Origin: Octopus bimaculoides
Lineage: Eukaryota
Assembly: GCF_001194135.2 (NCBI RefSeq)
Contig: NC_069002.1
Coordinates: forward strand, 15,234,984 to 15,298,983
DNA length: 64,000 nucleotides
Direction: 5' to 3'
Shown here: positions 1-64,000 of the stretch, piece after piece
Layout of the letters: the number at the start of each line of letters is the position of its first letter
How positions within the stretch are numbered: position 1 is the first letter of the stretch
Notes under the pieces: model-generated
Told to the model about the DNA's origin: nothing
The model's database searches: none
What the model saw: the letters and a program-made list of their open reading frames with translations, nothing else
Translations under genes and position numbers: made by a program

Positions 1-890
1 CAAACCCATACCAATGTAGAAAGCAGAAGTTAAATGATGACGATGAGAAATAAATGTAGTGTGTGTGTGTGGAAGAAATATATTTTTAAACTGAATATTA
101 AATCCTAGACAACCTCAAGAATTTGCAGCTGTCATATTCAGGCATTCTATTTTCTATGAACAAAATAATAATTGAATAGCAATAATAATTTCAAATATCT
201 ATTTATGATGAGGGTTATTGACATAACTAAATTCCACCAAAAGCCAAAATTGAAAGTCAACAGAATCTTCCTTATTTTATAGCTGGAATAGGTTGACTAA
301 GTTACTATAATCTGAGACAGTTTTCAGGTTCAGTTAGTAATCTCCTATAAAGCTTGGAGATAAACATCTCAATCATAAATTCCATTTTGGATTCAGTATC
401 TACAAAAGTCATTTCAATATTTTATCATGGCATAAGGTGGCAAGTTGGTAGAGTTTTTAGCATGCCAGGTAAAATGCTTAGCGGCATTATGTTCATCTTT
501 GTATTGTAAGTTCAAATCCACCAAGGCTGACTTCGCCTTTTATCCTTTTGGTGGTCAATTAAATAAGTAACAGTTGAGCACTGAGGTCGATGTAATTGAT
601 TTACGCCTCTTTTGAAATTGCTGGCCTTGTGCCAAGATTTCAAGCCAATATTTTATCATGGCACCATCACTAGAGAGGTGATCATGTCTTTGGTAAAAAC
701 TAGAGTGTTCCTTGAACAAACCACTGAATGGCATTTAGATATTTCCCTGTAAGGTCTGAATTGAAATATCCCCAGGTCAGTTTTGATATTCAGTTTTGTG
801 AGGCCAATGGAACAAAAATGACTCAAATAAAGGGATGACCAATTGACTAACCCTAACCCTAAATGTGTGGCTGTGTTTCTCTTATAGAAA

Positions 891-1275
891 TGTTGTTGGC
901 ACTCCGTCGCTTACGACGTCGGGGGTTACAGTTGATCCGATCAATGGAACAGCCTGCTCGTGAAATTAACGTGCAAGTGGCTGAGCACTCCACAGACACG
1001 TGTACCCTTAACGTAGTTCTCAAGGATATTAAGCGTGACACAGTGTGACAAGGCTGACCCTTTGAATTACAGGTACAGCAGAACCAAGAAGAAAGAGTGA
1101 GAGAAAGTTGTGGTGAAAGAGTACAGCAGGGTTCGCCACCATCCCCTGCCGGAGCCTCGTGGAGCTTTAGGTGTTTTCGCTCAATAAACACTCACAACGC
1201 CCGGTCTGGGAATCAAAACCGCGATCCTATGACTGCGAGTCCGCTGCCCTAACCACTGGGCCATTGCACCTCCAC
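891..1275 (-). mobile_element. tRNA-derived SINE, family A (Arg-like head)
   Basis: tRNA-like head at the right end (reverse complement of gtggaggtgcaatggcccagtggttaggg...); flanking direct repeat ctcttatagaa; five similar copies in the window. Confidence 0.9.
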
Positions 1276-1361
1276 TCTTATAGAAGTAACAGTCAAATAA
1301 AAGGATGGTCAATTTAAGTGACCTCCCTTTCTCAAAATATATCGTTCTTGAAGAGAAGTAA

Positions 1362-2206
1362 TATGAAGTGGTATCAAAAAAGTTTCCAGACTAGTTCTGT
1401 AACATGCCAACAGATGGCAGCACATGGTTGAGAACACAGTGAGAGCTAGCAGTGACCTCCACGAGACAGTGTGCTGAGTGACATCATTGTGTTAACTTTG
1501 CAAGTTGTGAAATTTGTGCTTTTGTGATCAGGTGTATGCTGTAGTCTGTGATTTTTGTTACGGACAGGAAGCTGGAACAAAAAGCTGAGCATACTTCAGA
1601 AAGCTTACAGCAACAAAACAATAGGTTATACACAATGTTTCAAGTGGCATGGGCACTTAAAAAGTAGACGAATGTCCCTGAAAGATGAATGATCTGGGAG
1701 ACCTATCACTAGCATCACCCATGGAAATGTGGAGAAAATTCGTCAACTTGTGCATGAGGATTGTCAGAGACCAATCAACAACAGTTTGACGTGTTTGAGG
1801 TGAGATATTTAATGAAAATGACTAAATCAGTGGAGTGTGAAGAATTGGATTCTGCACCTTGTCGCCAAGCTCTCCTCACTCATGAATTTGTCACCAAAAA
1901 CAACATGGTATCATTTCCAAACCCACACTATTCACCAGATTTAGCACCTCAAGGAGAAAATGCAGTTCAAAGGTCACCGTTTTAATATTGTTGTCAAGAT
2001 CCAGAGCAAATCCCATAAAATCTTCAACTCGCTTAAAGAAAATGATTTCTAGACTGAATTTCAAAGGTGGCAGGAACACTGGGACCAGTGTATTGCTGTG
2101 CAAGGTGACTATTTCAAAGGAGATGATGTTAAAACTTAGGTAAATAAGTTATTATTTTTTTTTATCAAACACAACTAGACATGGAACTTTTTGATATTAC
2201 CTTGTA
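1362..2206 (+). mobile_element. Degenerate, internally deleted Tc1/mariner element
   Basis: Imperfect TIRs (tatgaagtggtatcaaaaaagtttccagactagtt / aactagacatggaactttttgatattaccttgta); fragments YSPDLAP and WQEHWDQCIAVQGDYF. Confidence 0.85.
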
Positions 2207-3081
2207 TTCATTGATATCCAATGGCAATCAGTTGGCAGAAACAACAGAACACAAATGACAAATACTTTGCAATATTTGTTCTGGTATTTGATGTCTGTGT
2301 TGTTTCCAAATCCAGCCAACATCAACTTTGCCCTTGATGTTCCCAAGGTCAATAATATAATATACCTGAGAATAGGTGTGACCTGGTGGAAGCGCTGAAC
2401 AAAATATTTTCTTTTATTTGTTCTTTATGTTCTAAGTTCCAAGACAGATTTTCTTTACCTTAGCTATACTCATTATATACTCATTAGGGATCTTTTTCTT
2501 TCATTGAATATTCTATAAAAGCACTGCAGATTTCCCTGAAAGACACCATTTAAATACTGGGGTCAAAACACCTTCTCCTCTTTGACTTTAGCACCTGAGT
2601 TTTGATATCACAAAGTTAAGCTGATCCAATTAACAATCCAAAGTCAATGAAATGAATTGCTGGTCGATTCTTTAGTACAATTAAGATATGTAGTAGCATG
2701 TCTAGCTTTAGTTGCTTGCATCATGATCAAGCCGATATATCATAGAGTGTTTGTTCAAATTCATAGAAAAGAACTTATTTAGTGACGGTTCCATCATAAA
2801 ATAATCCACCTCAACCTACAGATGCTCTTGGAAGAGGTAGCATCTGTAAACAACACTGAAAACTAGCAAATATAACATTTCTTCACATTTCTTCAAACTG
2901 TGGACATTTTTGAAAAAGATGAAATAAATATTTTGAAAGTTAAATCTTTAACTTATTATTCTTTTATGTTAATTTTGACTAAAACAGAAAAGTTATTCAA
3001 ATTTAAAAAAAACATTTCTTCCAAATAAAATTATAAAAAAAAAGTTTAGTCTTTTTACAGAATTGAAATTTGTGACAATAC

Positions 3082-62855
<59,774 letters not shown>

Positions 62856-63469
62856 CTGCAATATTGATAGAAGGTGTGTGGATTAATATAGTTAAATAAG
62901 TGAAACAAATGTGGCTGTGGGGTACGGGGCTTGCTTCCTATCCACAAGTCCCACTGCATGGTACCTTAAACAAGTGACTTCTACTTTAGCTTTGGGTTAA
63001 CCAAAGCCTTGTGAGTGGATTTGGAAGATGGAAACTGAAAGAAGCTTGTTGTGTATGCTTATATAGCGATCAATTTAAACAAGCATTCATTGAGTTTATT
63101 CCTCTCCCACTTCTGTCACATTCAAACAATTCACACATAAATATAATGCATTATCCAACAACAATGAATTTCATACTGACAGGGCAACCAAAGTGGAAGA
63201 AGAGTACATCTAGGTACACTCACAGATATTTTTATTAATGCACAAACAAAAACAAAACAAAACAAAACAAAATGCTTTCATTTTACAGTTTTCAAGAAAA
63301 AAGAAAAGCAACTGCTGAATGTTGCATTTTTTATGTAATTTTCATTGTTGCATGGACATTTTTTTCCAACAATTTTTCAGTCAGACAGACCGGCAAGTAA
63401 GCTTTCGATCGCACCTGCACTTCGCCGGCGGAACTACGCCGGCCGACCGTCTTTCCGCCGCCCAGTCAA

Positions 63470-63474
63470 TTGAA

Positions 63475-63505
<31 letters not shown>

Positions 63506-63650
63506 TAATAATGATAATAATAATGATAATAATAATGATAATAATAATAATAATAATGATAATAATAATAATAATGATAATAATAATGATAATAATAATA
63601 ATGATGATAATAATGATGATAATAATAATAATGATGATAATAATAATGAT
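63470..63650. repeat. (TAA/TGA)n microsatellite
   Basis: Direct reading. Confidence 0.95.
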
Positions 63651-63651
63651 A

Positions 63652-64000
63652 CCTGGACACGACAAGATCCCCAATTTCTGGTTAAAACACCTGCCAGCAA
63701 TGCATAAAAAGCTGGCAGAAAACTTTAACAACATAATAGCAGATCCAGAGACAATGCCTGAATGGCTCACAAAAGGGAAAACCATCTTAATCCCCAAATC
63801 CACGGAAACGGAGAAACCACAAAACTATAGACCTATAACCTGTCTCCCTACGATCTACAAAGCCTTTACTGCAATAATATCGCAGAGATTGAGTAAACAC
63901 CTGGAAAATAACAACCTGTTTCCAGAAGAGCAGAAGGGATGCTGCAAGGGCTCATACGGCTGTAAAGATCAATTATTGATCAATAAAGCCATAACTGAAG
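63652..64000 (+). mobile_element. R4/Dong-type non-LTR reverse transcriptase, open to the window edge
   Basis: PGHDKIPNFWLKHL..PEWLTKGKTILIPK..NYRPITCLPTIYK..EQKGCCKGSYGCKDQLLINK; no stop in 116 codons. Confidence 0.88.

Overview
AT-rich, repeat-dense eukaryotic DNA with seven N-gaps, abundant microsatellites, and tRNA-derived SINE families that look like those of octopus (a coleoid cephalopod origin is my inference). Nearly the whole window lies inside one minus-strand multi-exon gene that I assembled by hand. 23 exons from 62855 down to 3082 all have AG/GT boundaries and compatible intron phases. They join into 3613 nt of uninterrupted frame (about 1204 aa), open at both ends. The protein is a cysteine-rich extracellular mosaic: [C-terminal half of a VWDE-like module with EGF] - PAN/Apple - PAN/Apple - [Ig-like/unknown domains, VWD, post-VWD Cys-rich region, EGF]. 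The VWDE-like module is therefore present twice, and five exons pair one-to-one with identical phases. The gene includes a 15-nt microexon and a candidate 30-nt cassette exon. Introns hold SINEs, RTE and R4/Dong-type LINE fragments, mariner relics and MITEs, an internally deleted Gypsy element, a Penelope-like fragment and a near-perfect 80-bp hairpin. Most ORFs in the supplied track are repeat or gap artefacts, and many true exons are absent from it. Domain names come from motif recognition, not database searches.
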